From assembly GCF_033153115.1 (NCBI RefSeq), contig NW_026889805.1:7812001-7876000 (forward strand): DNA of 64,000 bases, in the 5' to 3' direction. Origin of the DNA: Saccostrea echinata (lineage: Eukaryota). Of this stretch, positions 45,450 to 58,763 are shown piece by piece. Below the pieces are notes generated by a model that was given only the letters and a program-made list of their open reading frames with translations, was not told the DNA's origin and did no database searches. The translations under genes and the position numbers were made by a program. How positions within the stretch are numbered: position 1 is the first letter of the stretch; every line of letters starts with the position of its first letter.

Positions 45450-48400
45450 TTAGACAGTTTCCATTGGTTCTGCCGCCTTTACTGTTGTCTTGACAATGTC
45501 AAAAGGAATTTTCTTGACCTCTGTTTTCAGCACTGCAGTTGTTCCTTTCTTGTATCTATAGGATCCTTGCCTGAAGTGAAAAGATATTTCACAAATAGTG
45601 ATGTGCCAAAATAACCTAGAAAAGCATTTGGAATATATCTACAGTAATATCCAGAGTAATCAGGATTACAATGAATTTGTATCTAGAATAATGATTTTAC
45701 CTCTGTCCTTTAAGGTTAGCCTCGTCATAGGGTCGTAAATATTCCACTTTGTCTTTAGTTATAACGCAGACATCCACATTACTTCCTGAGCCCAAATCAT
45801 TAAATATACCAGCTGCTATTGCATCTCTAACAAGCTTTTTGGCTTCCTCTTTCTGTTGAAAATTACATTAACTATTAGCATCGTAATATAAGTATTGTAA
45901 ACTTTAAAAAATGTTATTGTTAAGAACTGTAAGTTCTGTTTCAGGCTTTGTTCCTGGACCCCCTCCACCATCAGGACTGGACCTGTGCTCCTTTTTACAG
46001 TTCTTCAATGTTGGTGTCTGGGTGGGGGGTTGAAAAGGTAATACAGACTCCAGTTCATATATAATTCAGAAAGGGTCAGCTTTACCTGTACAATGCTGAA
46101 AAATCTCATTACCTAGAATTGCTCTTCTGATAAATTGTACAAACCTATGACTTCTGTTCTAAGCCTTTTATTGTAAAGATTTCGATATAGCCTTAAAATT
46201 CCAGAAGTAGGTCACGTAGCCTATTTTTGGGTTGAAAATATCTGTGGACCCAAGTGAGTCAACTAACACGGATGATTCTAAGCCTCTTAATATCAATACC
46301 GAGATACAACTATGAAATTCTAAAAGTACCAGAAGGTTCACTTTTATCCACTTTTTTGAAATTCAACAAGTAGGTCACCATGACTTTTTTTTTTTAAACA
46401 AATTTTGAGAACCATCATTTTAGTTGCATCAACTAGCTAGGGTGGATGATCCTAGGCTTAACAGTGTCCAAGATATGCATTTAATACAATTTAAAAATGA
46501 GTACCTGCAAAATTCAAAAGTAGGTCACTGTGATCTACTATTTCATAAATATGTATCAAGGTCCCATGATGCATCAACTTACAAGGTTTGATGATTCTAA
46601 ACCTCTCAGTATCTGAAATAATGAACTAAAATATTTTGAAAATGATTCTGAAAGTAGGTCATGATGACCTACTTTTTGACACACTTCATGGCCCCTTGAT
46701 GAATAAACTGAAGAGTTTTGATGATCATAGACTTCAAAGTATCCAAGATATGCATCAGAATGAATTTGAAAATGAAAACCTGTGAAATTCAAAAAGTAGG
46801 TTCCTTTGACCTGCTTTTTGAGTCAACAACATGAGGTCCTAATTTTGCATCAACTGCCAAGATTTGATGATCCTAGTCATTGTTGTGGGCAAAATATCAA
46901 AGTTTTACAAAACATCATTTTAGGTTAACTTTAAAGTGACTATGAGATCACATCCTTTGCCCTAGGGTATTGCCTTAAACATTTTTTTCCACAACATATC
47001 CTCATCTTTATGATAAGTTTGGTGAAAAATCTGCCTGGTGGTTCTTGAGAAGAAGATTTTTAGCAACCAATACATTTGTTTTTATTTCCCAATTTATCTC
47101 TTTTGTTTGAGAATCACATCCATTGGTACAAATGAAAGCCCTAGGGCCAAGGATACTCTGATTTGACAAAAATTGGTCAAGGGGTTCTTGAAATATAGTC
47201 CATATTCCAAAAAGTGGACAAGCAAGAGCAAATAATGCTACAGTAAACATTTACCTCCATGTTTGGTTTGAATCCCCTCTCAAAAACTGACATTGCTGCT
47301 AATGATCCTGAACCTATGAATTCAAATAAAAAGAATTTTATCAAAACTGTACACAGTGATATGAAAATTACTTGCTGCCAGTATCTATGCTTTTAGGAAA
47401 GACATACTATGGTGAAAAATGTAATTTACATATTACTCAGTAACTTGGCTAGATAAGCACTGAAAGTGCTGTCAGGAATCTTAGATCAGTATATTGGTAA
47501 AACTTCAGGTAAGTAGGAATGTGCATACCCATTGTTACATAAGGAAGTTTGTCTGTAGACCCATGAGGATACACACTGTACAGATGTGGACCTGTAGAAT
47601 CCACACCTCCCAGAACCAAAGCAGCACTAATATGGCCTTGGTACCTGAAAAGCAGTGCAAAGATTAATATACATATATATGCTCTTTAACATTCTACAAT
47701 GGGTTTCTATCTTAAGCTTCTATCTTTTAGAAATTTTGTTTGATAGTTTAGATGACATTAACTTTAATTTTTATCAATACCTAAATAGCATCTGTTTAAG
47801 GAGTCTGTTAGCTGTACAGACTCGAGGCTTCCGTCCTGTGTTAAGTCGGTGAAGTTCCAGTTGAGATGATATTATCTGAGTGGTCATTTCTGTGTCTGCC
47901 GCTGTCCCAGCTCCACAGCAACTGTAACAATCAAAAACTCTATACAACACCGCTACAGCAGTTTCTGAGTTCTAATTATGATTGAAAATACTCAATCAGA
48001 TATTCACAATCTAACACATATGTACTCCATGTATATGTAGATCCTAAAAAATTGCAATGTTTTTCAAACTGAACATGAAATGTATTAACATTTCATGAAT
48101 TAACTTGGAATATCTAGTAAAAGGCAAATGACAGATTAACCTGAAGTTATGAGTCCTTTAAATATTACACACATATTGAAAATTCTTACTATATATTATC
48201 AGCAATATAGTGAATCTTGCTGCAGTTTTTGTCTGCCACAACAGTGTCTTCTGTGGCTCTCGTGTCAGCTCCAAGCACTACACCATCCTAAATAGATGGG
48301 TAGAAAACTCAGTAATAACATATTAAAAATACATTGTGCTATATATTCAGTATCTCGAACACCAAAATCTCTAATATCATGGACTTTTTGAAGTGATTTC

Positions 48401-50740
48401 ATTTGGAAGTCCCCAACCACTTCTTCTTTTTAAAGTATTTTACCCCTGATATCTCGAATCCTTGGATATCTTTTTTTCTCGGTCTCATCGAGTTCAAGAT
48501 AGTGAGGTGTGACTGTATATATTCACACACATGTATAAAACCCATTATTACAGGGTCGATTATTTTTCAGGTTTCTTTGGTTGAAAAGGATGTTCATCTT
48601 CTAAACTTTGAATGCGATTGTTGGATGAATTCATGACAGGATTTGCTGTAACTGTGTATTTTTATATTACATTAATAACCATCAATGTATCAAATAATAA
48701 CAGATATCTGTCCATATATCAGAATACAGCACAAATACTGATATGCCTGGCTTTCTAAAATAATTCTAATACCCCTCTTTCAAATCTATTATCAAATTTA
48801 GCACAGGCAATCAGTGTAATGTAGTAGATTTTCACAAATTATATCAATATTGTTCTGAAGCATTGTAAATATTGGTGATTTTGATTATGTTGATGTAAAA
48901 TCTATTAATGAAAATCTCACTTATAGTGTAGCAGTTAGAATTCCTGTTTCTTACTTTGAATCTAGATGGTTATTGTTTAATAAGTAATATAACCATTTAC
49001 TCTATCTAAAGTAACCTCATGAAAATAGGATGCTTTATTCTGGAAGGAGAGATTTGTTTGCTTGTCTTTACCTGTTAAACACTGGTATTGGTAAAACATG
49101 AAAATTTAACTCCATAATGCCAATACTAAATAAGGGACCATTTTTTAAAACAAAAATGAAGGGAACTTCAAATTAAGAACAAATAATTTTGATTTACCTT
49201 ATAAATAATGCCAACAATTGTTGTTCCTGTCTTGTAAGCAGTAGGGGCTTTTATTCCCTTTTCTTCAAACATTTGGTTCCTGAAAATAGAACAACAGTGC
49301 CAATAACCTAATAACATAATGCCTGATTGAAGTACAATGTAAATTCACTAATTAAATTTCCGTGCCATTTAATTTTCATTGATTTGTGTTATGAAGATCC
49401 CAAGAATTTATATCAACGAAAATTTGACCACACAAAATTAAGTGATTTTACAGTGTTAGCTAATAACTTCTAAATAAAATGAAAATATCCAAGAGTAATC
49501 TTGAAACTTAAACCATGCCACCTTTGCTAAGTGCATTTATGATTTGAGTGATATTCATGTCAGTTCACATCAAATATTCCAGATTCAGGTTTTCAGGTTT
49601 TACCTTTTCAGGGGAAAATACACTGCATAGTTAGGCCAAAAAAAATAATAGTCTTGTTTCCTGCTACCCGACCTACCCTATTTTTTGCACCCGACCCTTA
49701 AGTTTTTTTTAAGTTTTGGAAGAAAAAAAATCGAGAATTTCCGGAATTTCATCGTTCTGTCACCATAATCAGTTTTCGTGTTAGCACAAAACAAGCATTT
49801 CATGAAATTCTTGTTTTAAATATGGACTTTCATAAAATACCACTTGAGTTGTGCATAAAAAGACATGAAATTCAATTTTAAAAGACAATATTGACCTGTG
49901 ACATGTTTAATTTTATCTTGTATTAGTTCATATCCAAAAAATGCTGTCAGAAAAAAAAATAAAATAAAAATATAAAATAAAATAATTTTCCTACCTACCT
50001 ATCCTATTTTTTGCAGGCTGGTAGCAGGAAACAAGACTATTATTTTTTTTGGCCTTAACTTTCTATAACAATAATATTCTTGGTCTGACACTATTTCTGA
50101 TTTTTAAGTAATATAATCATGATATGATTGTGTAATTATGTACACATCTGATTCAGTTGAGGAGACAGAATTTATAAGAAATGCAATTCACTGACAAAAT
50201 GCTCCAGTACTGGAGAAAAATTATTGATAGAACCCAACAGTGTGTCTTACACATTTTTCTTTTCACAAGAGCTGAATGTATTGATTTTACATAATGCGCA
50301 GTGTAATTCATAAATCTTAGCGTTTAGCGTGCTTAGCTACAAATTCATTGGGTGGTTCGTGTTTTGCATAGAAAATAATATTAGAGAAAATTCGAACTAT
50401 TCTAAAAGGAGAGATATTTCATGTTACCATGCCTTCTAGAGTAGTTTTAAAAATATTTATCTTGAAATAACATTATCTTTGAATAGCACAACTAAAACAT
50501 CAATCCCAGCTGACAATAAAACACTTTTTTCTTTTATAAAATTGCATTGTCATACCCTACCGGCAGTACATCATTATTTAACTTATAAAAGGTGTGATAC
50601 AGATGCTGGACTACAAAAGAAGATCAAACAAACGTTTAACTATAAATTCTGACTTTTATAATAACAATATATGCATACCGACGACAGTTTTCGAATGAAA
50701 AACCACCAGTTGGTGGTTCGGCAAGCAGAGTCGACGCCAT
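45450..50740 (-). CDS. PSMB7: Proteasome subunit beta type-7 (beta2), 276 aa
   Basis: Exons 50740-50679, 49279-49198, 48287-48190, 47921-47781, 47644-47529, 47313-47255, 45852-45701, 45570-45450 (831 nt). Propeptide [11 protein letters not shown], cleavage site KTG|[50 protein letters not shown]. Confidence 0.97.
46130..47230 (+). repeat. Degenerate HINE-like tandem repeats in a PSMB7 intron
   Basis: Recurrent AAGTAGGTCA / TGATTCTAAGCCT blocks; 3' part resembles the HINE 3' blocks (GTTCTTGAGAAGAAGATTTT). Confidence 0.5.
49634..50054. mobile_element. PIF/Harbinger (Tourist-like) MITE with TTA TSD
   Basis: TTA|GGCCAAAAAAAATAATAGTCTTGTTTCCTGCTACC ... GGTAGCAGGAAACAAGACTATTATTTTTTTTGGCC|TTA; ~35-bp TIRs. 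Confidence 0.88.
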
Positions 50741-50961
50741 GATGGATTTCTTAAAGTAGAGCGTTCATTGGATATTCGTACATTTTACCAATAAACTATT
50801 AGTCGCAGCTTTAATGATATAATCTATAATGTTTACATTAATTTACTTAAACATGAACGGAATATATTGTTTACATCAAGCAAATCTTTATATAATCATG
50901 TAATTTTTTTTTTTACATGCAAATATTTTATTGTTATAAATAAAAGTTTGTTGTATGAAAG

Positions 50962-52130
50962 GCCCTAACCTTTGGAGCCTGATTAGTGCCTAATCTTGGA
51001 GCCTAATTAGCGCCCTAATTATGGCGCCTAACAGATGTTCTAAATGTATAAGGTGTCATGACACCTAACGATGGTGCAGCGGCTATAATACTTGGAGCCT
51101 AACGCCCTAACAGGTGCCCTAACCATGGAGTCTAATGCCCTAACCATGGCCGTAAGACCCGGGGTGGGGAACGGGGGGGCTGTGTCCCCCAATAATTTTG
51201 CCGATATATAGATTACTATAGTAAACAAAGATACTATATGCGTGTGTCCCCTCAATAGAAACGCCTTTTTGCCGAGGTTTGTCAAGGAATTTTTGGTAGA
51301 TGATGATGACCTTTTTTCTTTGTTTGTCAGGAAATTTTTGGTGGTGCCCCCTCAACAGTCAACTGAAAAATGTATGGCTGTGCCCCCTCGAACTGAAATT
51401 GTTTCCTACGGGCCTGCTAACAGGTGCCCTACCGATGGAGCCTGATGTCCTAACAGGTGCCCTAACTATGGAGCCTAATGTCCTAACAGGTGCCCTTACG
51501 ATGTAGCTTAATGTCCTAACAGGTGCCCTTACCATGGAGTCTAATGTAGTAACAGGTGCCCTAATGATGGAGCCTAATATCCTAACAGGTGCCCTTACCA
51601 TGGAGCCTAATGCTCTAACAGGTGCCCTAACTATGGAGTCTAACGCTCTAACAGGTGCCCTAATGATGGAGCCTAATTAATGTCCTAACAGGTGCCCTAA
51701 CGATGGAGCCTAATATCCTAACAGGTGCCCTAAGCATGGAGTCTAATGTCCTAACAGGTGCCCTAAGCATGGAGTCTAATGTCCTAACAGGTGCCCTAAC
51801 GATGGAGCCTAATGCCCTAACAGGTGCCCTAACTATAGAGTCTAATCTCCTAACAGGTGTCCTAACAATGGAGCCTAATGTCCTAACAAGTGCTGTAACC
51901 ATGGAGTCTAATGTCCTAACAGGTGCCCTAACGATGGAGCCTAATGCCCTAACAGGTGCCCTAACTATGGAGTCTAATCTCCTAAAAGGTGCTCTAACGA
52001 TGGAGCCAAATGCCCTAGCAGGTGCCTTAACGATGGAGCCTAATGCTCTAACAGGTGCCCTGACTATGGAGTCTTATCTCCTAACAGGTGCCCTAACTAT
52101 GGAGCCTAATGCTCTAACAGGTGCCCTAAT
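50962..52130. repeat. 33-bp minisatellite upstream of PSMB7
   Basis: Unit CTAACAGGTGCCCTAACGATGGAGCCTAATGTC, >20 copies. Confidence 0.92.
51145..51416. mobile_element. MITE inserted in the 33-bp minisatellite, 5-bp TSD CTAAC
   Basis: CTAAC|CATGGCCGTAAGA ... TCCTACGGGCCTG|CTAAC. Removing the element and one TSD restores a repeat unit. Confidence 0.8.
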
Positions 52131-52238
52131 GACGTTAGGTGTCAGATTTTCAGATTTTACTAAAACCAGGAGACATACATCTCATAGGTATAAATATATT
52201 ATACATATAGTACACAATAGAACATTACATGAGCGAGA

Positions 52239-52899
52239 TATAATACACAGTTATGGAATGGGTACGAGGGAAATAGCAAATTTATGGTTCCCCGAGGGAG
52301 GAAACTATTTCCCGAGGCGGCGAAGCCGCCGAGGGAAATAGTTTCCTCCCTCGGGGAACCATAAATTTGCTATTTCCCGAGTTCCCATTCCATAACTGTT
52401 TTATTATACCGAAACAATCATAGACGATTTAATTTTTTCACCAGACATTCCGACATTTAAAAAAAAAAAAAAAAAACCAATGTAGAGGCAAAATCACAAA
52501 TACATGCGGTTTAACACATTGTTATAAGTAATGCATCGTGTCCTAAAACAATTAAATTATTTTTAAAAAGTATTTTCACTGACATTTCGAAGAATTATCG
52601 TTGCCTTCATTTCGCTAGAATCCAAGTATGATTTTGACATCGCATGTCGAAATGTTTTGACGTCATAGTTACATTGCTAATAACATGACGTCACAGACTC
52701 GAGATTTCTTAAACGCTCCGCCCACTGAACACTTTGATTGGTTAAAATTACTAATAAATATTCATGAGGGAGTAGTCCCAGGGAGTAGCTCTGATTTTCC
52801 AGGGAGTAGTCCTCAGATGAGGGAAATAGTCTCTTCTCGTGGAAATAGACAGTTTTATGGTATTAATTTTATACAGAGTAATTGCAGTGGAGGTATAAT
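52239..52899. mobile_element. Foldback/hairpin-bearing non-autonomous element (Crypton-like, tentative)
   Basis: Hairpin 52247-52399 centred on 52323. TATAAT at both ends (52239, 52894). Partial arm copy at ~52820-52848. Confidence 0.55.
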
Positions 52900-52935
52900 A
52901 AAGTATATTATTATATAGTCTATAAATAGCCCCTA

Positions 52936-53464
52936 TATAATCTATACAAACGCAAACGGTTCATAACACTACATATTCACTGGATTTGAAGCCGTATTCA
53001 CCGGAGGGTCAGTGCGCGTGCAGTGGCATTGTGACGTCACAATCAATACCCCAACGTTGAAAACAATATGGTTACAACGACCGGAGCCAGCTGTGTATCT
53101 GAGCAGGAAAAATGTTAGGCAAGCCTATCGCATGATTATTTTCCAAACATTTCGATGTCTTACACACAGCGAAATGAAACGAAGTTATAAGATGTAATCT
53201 GCGGGGTTTTTTTTTTATTTTTTACTTTTCTACGACAGAGGTTCGTTAATGAAAAAAGGTATCGTCATGCAGCCTTCAATTTCTTATTTATTCAAATCCG
53301 TACTATATAATAAAACAATTATGGACTCTTTTACTGGTGAATATGGTTTGTTATTCACCAGAAAAATATCAATATTGACCGAGGCGAAGCCGAGGTCAAT
53401 ATTGATATTTTTCTGATGAATAACAAACCGTATTCACCAGTAAAAGAGTCCATAATTGTATAAT
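52936..53464. mobile_element. Second foldback/hairpin-bearing element (Crypton-like, tentative)
   Basis: Hairpin 53315-53459 centred on 53387. TATAAT at both ends (52936, 53459). TATTCAC motif repeated at the left end. Confidence 0.55.
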
Positions 53465-54550
53465 ATTAAGTATAAATAAATAAAGCATTTATAAATCCAA
53501 CAGTTCATTTGTTAATCTGTTTGCAAAACATATATATTTTCCAAGGTTACACATTTCCTTTGCATTTGAGCTGGTCAACAATTGCATTCGCTTATAAACA
53601 CATGGGCGACAGGAATAATAGATTTTGATGTACTATTTGTGTCAGACGGGTATGATATATACATACGCAGGTAGGTTAAGGCTTCCCGTAGAAAATCGCA
53701 GTGCACTCTGTGCCTTCACTTCGCTGAACTACCAAAATATGACGTCATAATGGAAAATGACGTCAAGTCACTGCCAACTTGAGGTGTCATGACAGGGAGA
53801 GTGTCATGAACTTTACACTTTATTTCAAGCTGCATGTAAAATGCTAGATAGCTATTGCAAAATTCACGGGTCGTTAAAGGTTTTTTAAGTCTTATATGTC
53901 CGAATTTTTTGAAAATACACCGCTTACCTACCCTTGATTGAAATTCAGCATGTTCAAAATGCTTATGAAAAATATACTTTTGAAATGTACTCCGTTTTAT
54001 ACCCGTGGTTGGAGGTAGAAAATATTTTATGTGTATAAAAGAGTCTGGCGCAGGTGATTAATAAGGATTTATCTGAGAAATTTTGTGGAAATCTCTAAGA
54101 AGAGGTTGTTCTCTAACTGAATCTTGCTTGGGAAAAATATGTGTTGGCTTTGTTTTAATACAGATTACGATACTGTGTGAAAAATACCCTCAAATTAGTA
54201 GGTAAGTTGAATTTCTCACGAAATATTTTGTACCCAAGTAATACTATGACTTTTCCCAAGCACATTACGGGTACACAAGGTTACGATGAGTTTATTTATA
54301 TAACAATATGTAAATAATTATTGTGTTAATCAGCTGCGCCAGAGCGATTTATATGAAACGCTTCAAAAAATTATAAATGACCGTCACGTGATCAAGAACG
54401 TCATGTGATATCATAACAAATATGTTGATATATAGCCGAAGAAACCCTATATATAAGTTGGAAGTACTAAAGTTCAATCCTTATAAATTAAAACCAAAAC
54501 CGACCTCGCAATGACATATTATGTTTTGAGCGCATTGAAAAGCTTCGGGA

Positions 54551-54697
54551 NNNNNNNNNNNNNNNNNNNNNNNNNNNNNNNNNNNNNNNNNNNNNNNNNN
54601 NNNNNNNNNNNNNNNNNNNNNNNNNNNNNNNNNNNNNNNNNNNNNNNNNNNNNNNNNNNNNNNNNNNNNNNNNNNNNNNNNNNNNNNNNNNNNNNNN
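54551..54697. other. Assembly gap (147 N)
   Basis: Run of N. Confidence 1.
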
Positions 54698-55852
54698 GGC
54701 GAAAACACACATAGCTTGTACTTGATTTGTAAACTGCGATTGGATATTATTAATATTTATTATACTCGCTGAATCAAAACTCTGCTGTTGTTGTTTTTTA
54801 TTAGATCTATGAAGATCTATAGATCCTAGCTTAAACACAGAATCAACAATATTTTGTGACGCAGGGGCGAGGAGATATTGTTTAACCACTTATCATTGAC
54901 AGGTGCCCGCAAAAGAAGTCACAATTATAACAGGAAATAATCAAGAGTCCTAGCTATAATATTAGTAATATTTATAACTTAATTTTCATTGATTTGTACA
55001 TAATGTAGGCTAGTAGTCAAAAGGATTAGACGCAGTTCTGAAATTTAGATAGTTTCCTCTTATAAAACTTTTTTTTAAAACTATCAGAATATAAATATTA
55101 AATAAACAGAACATATAATTCCTAACAAAAAAAAAAAAATTTAAGAAAAACAACCACATTCATTTAGAAAAGTTCGAATAAGCTTGAAAAGTTCTGCATT
55201 TTGTACACCAGTGAAGGATCCATACCCTATAACATTAAATGTATAACTATTGAATGATACCAGATTATTCATTAGAGAATGCCTTGTTTTTTTTTTAAAT
55301 AATTTTTACAAATGAAAAACAGATGGTATGAATCTTCTTATGGTCCACATGAACAAATCCGACTAGCTATTAAGTTACAACGAAATTTTAAGATACAATC
55401 GTGTCTCAACCTTGAATGAATTATATTCAAAAATCTTTTTCCATATGAAAACTGAATATTTTTGATGTTTTACAATATTGTTGTGCCGAGCATTCTTATA
55501 AGTTTTAATGGAAGTTGCCTCCATTGTTTAAAGACTAAAGGCATCCATCTTCTGACAGTGTCAGGAATATTTTTACCATCAACTTGTTAGTCCAGTCAAT
55601 ATAGCACAAATATGGACCCAACCATAGGGGTTCGGTTTCAGGATGGTGTATTTTTGTTGTTTCTCTATGTCTGTCTAAATATACTGAAAATCAAAAGTAT
55701 GTGTCTGGTTAGAAGTGCTTGTACTAGTACCTACCTGTATTTTATTCTGTGCTGTGTATATTTCCCACCAAATCCTTTGGGAAAAATCTTATGTGATCTA
55801 TAGAAAAAGCTTCTGATATTTCCAGTAAAATAGTTTTAGCTGGAGACCTTAA

Positions 55853-56403
55853 AGGGGCCTGGACACAGTTGCATTGTTTACATTTTAAATGTCTATGCTT
55901 ATTTAAAAAATAAAACCAGTTAAATGAATTGAACGTACATGAATATTATTAGAATTTAATGACAACGACTTTCTTCTTTACATCACGTCAAACATCTGTT
56001 TTTGTAAATAAGGCACGAGCTCTGTTATTGTTAATGTTCACGTTTCACTGGGTGTGTTCAATTTGTCAAACTCTGCACACATCACTGAGCACGGACTGAC
56101 AATACCGGTGAGTTGGTTTTGCTATCTCACATTTTCTGGATTATAGTTTTATATTTTTCATTAATACACAACAAAATTTCTACTTTTCTTAAGTATTAAG
56201 GATAAAGTTTACTTTGTGAAAGTGCAAGGATATGTCAATCAAACGCGTCCCTAAATTCGTAGTTTCGATAATTTCCAGATAAAAAAAGTTTCTGAACACG
56301 CTTTTATTATATTTCCGTGCGAAATGCTACAGCAACATATAAGTCATAATATTATATAGAAAATTTGAGAAAATATTTATTTCAAATCTGTGTCCAGGAC
56401 CCT
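55853..56403. mobile_element. Kolobok-like non-autonomous element (TTAA TSD), same family as 18863-19591
   Basis: TTAA|AGGGGCCTGGACACAG ... CTGTGTCCAGGACCCT|TTAA; colinear with the 18863 copy. Confidence 0.87.
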
Positions 56404-56659
56404 TTAACTTCCCCTGAAGTAGACTAATTAAACTCCATGCGCTTAGCATTCGTCTTGCGAATTTAACTTGCTCGAGTAGAACGTGCGCTAGAGAATGAAT
56501 ACTAGAAATCTCTTTAACCCATTCCAACACATCATTAGCTAAAAAAACATTTCCATTGCCTATTACACAGTACACAGCAGTTATCAACACTTCCGTTTCG
56601 ACTCAAGCAATTTCTTTACTTGTCGTTAGGACAATTATTTCTTCGTAACACGAGAAATT

Positions 56660-58590
56660 GTAAGAACATGTGTGGGTAAGGGAAGGAAACCCCCAACAGA
56701 AAACCACTGGTCCTCCTAGTCCGGGGGGGGGGGGTCTGCATGGCTAATCACCAGAGTAAATCCTGCTTGATTACTGAAATCCAAAATACACTGAGCACAT
56801 AGCGAGAGGTCAGCCTTCTCACTTTGCTAAATATTAACGCAGAGGATAACCAGACACAGGAAGATGAAAGGCGATCGGAAGTCCACATGCCGAAGTAACT
56901 GTGCAAACCAAAATAGAAAGATACCAACTTGATATAATTGGCTTAAGTAAAATTAGATTACCTTTAAATAGAAAAACTATAGTGCAAAGTGGGAAACTAA
57001 TGTTTTACTCACTCAGAAAGAGGGAATAGATTACATTAGTAGGGAGTAGGAGAAAGCCAAGAAGCCCCTGATGGAATGGAAACTTATATTGAGAGATTAA
57101 TATACGAAAGATTCTGACATCAACTCTATTTAAAAATTTATAAGCCTGATCGTAGTTTATTCTACCACAAATGAAAGCCTTTAAAAGAGACAAAGGAAGC
57201 ATTTATGAAGCAATCAGAGAAAGTCATTAATACTCGTAATATTCCAAAATATGACATTTTGCTCAGTATTGGAGATTTCAATGCAAAGACTGGCAGCAAC
57301 AACAAAGGCGATGGAAATGTTATGGGGAAGCATGGGATAGAAAGACAAAATGAAAATGAAGAATGATTATACCGGTATATTATGTACTAGTATGTGTGAG
57401 ATCAACAACTTAGTGATTACATGAACAATATTTCCTCTTAAACTAAGATAAGTCCAAAAACTAAACTACCATGTGCTTATACCAAAATGACACAGAACAT
57501 CCATTTTAGATACATGAGCGATGACCAGAGCTGATGCAGCCAGTGATCAGAGTAAGATCTGCATAAAAGTAAAGAAACAGACACAAAACACAGATATACA
57601 CGTAGAGAGAAATCACAAATCCCCACCAGCTGGAGAAAAAGAGAGCATTCACAGTGGAGCTGAAAAACAGCTTCCAAGTAGTGCTAAAGGAATTGGAAAT
57701 CGTGGAAGATATTTGGAAAAGCTTGGCAAAAGGCTACATCAAACAGCAGGCAACATATTTGGAGTGAAGAAAGAGGAACAAAACCATTGATAAGCAGAGA
57801 TTCGGAATGGAAACAGCTGAAACTCTAACTTATCAACAGCAAATCTGAACGATTGAAAAAAAAAATTAAGAGGCAAATATATCGTCAAAGAGATAAAACG
57901 CGGTGTGAAGAATAACAGGAGAAACTATAGGCTGAGTACATTACCGAAGCAGAAAGAACAGCCAGTAATGGCCACATGAAAACAGTGTACGAGTTAACTA
58001 ATGCGCCAAGTAATGAGAGGAAAGGCATACATGTAGCAACCGCCAAAAAAGGCAAAGAAGGTAAGATCTAAGCAGCAAATATGAAAGAAAGAAAAGATGG
58101 AAGGAGCATGCACTTTCAAGAAATACTAGTATTAAACTGTCCACAACATGAACACCCATTAGAAGTTGAAAGCGAAGGGGATGCAGTAGATGAGGTTGAT
58201 ACTGGAAGGAAGAAACTGTAAAGGCTACAAAGAAATTTAAGAATTGAAAAGCTGGAAGAGCTCAAGAGATAAGAACTGAGATATTAAACAGACACGGAAA
58301 CAACAGCAAGATACTTGGAAAAGCTCTTTGTAACTATTTGGAATTTAACGAACTATACCATCGGTGTGAAATAAAGGCCTGATGTGAAGATTCCAAAGAA
58401 AGGCGATTGATCGGTATGTGATAATTATACAGAGGCATCACATTTTATTTGTGCCAAATACAGCTGTGTTCTCTAGAAAAATTACACAAAGGATTCAAGA
58501 TGGGATGGAAAGGCAACTGCGTGAAGAACAATCTGGTTTAAGTAGAGGGAGGAATACAACAGAACAAATTTATAGCCAATAATGTCGAAA
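56660..58590 (+). pseudogene. Degenerate RTE-clade non-LTR retrotransposon (APE endonuclease + start of RT), many stops and frameshifts
   Basis: Fragments translate to DIIGLS, ALMEWK, IPKYDILLSIGDFNAKTG..GNVMGKHG, VKIPKKGD and LREEQSG..RGRNTTEQI. Confidence 0.8.
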
Positions 58591-58763
58591 GATCATCGAA
58601 CGGCATTTAAATCATGCAATAATAAGGAAAACACTCGAGATGCAATGGGTGCTTTATTTATGATCTAAAAACTGTACATAAACCAAAGAACTTTTACCCA
58701 GCTATAAACAAAGTTCTCTTTAATTACATGTACTATGTGTTCAGTACTTGCTAAATCTATAAA

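Noticed and set aside
51703-52341. 212-aa repeat protein ORF
   Set aside because: Made of the 33-bp VNTR running into a hairpin element; no independent coding evidence.
54481-54889. ORFs spanning the N run (also 32462-32966)
   Set aside because: Artefacts of assembly gaps.
56327-56590. 87-aa ORF as a further GABBR exon or a separate gene
   Set aside because: GABBR already has a stop and poly(A) signal at ~58764/58655, the ORF overlaps a transposon end, and no family is recognisable.
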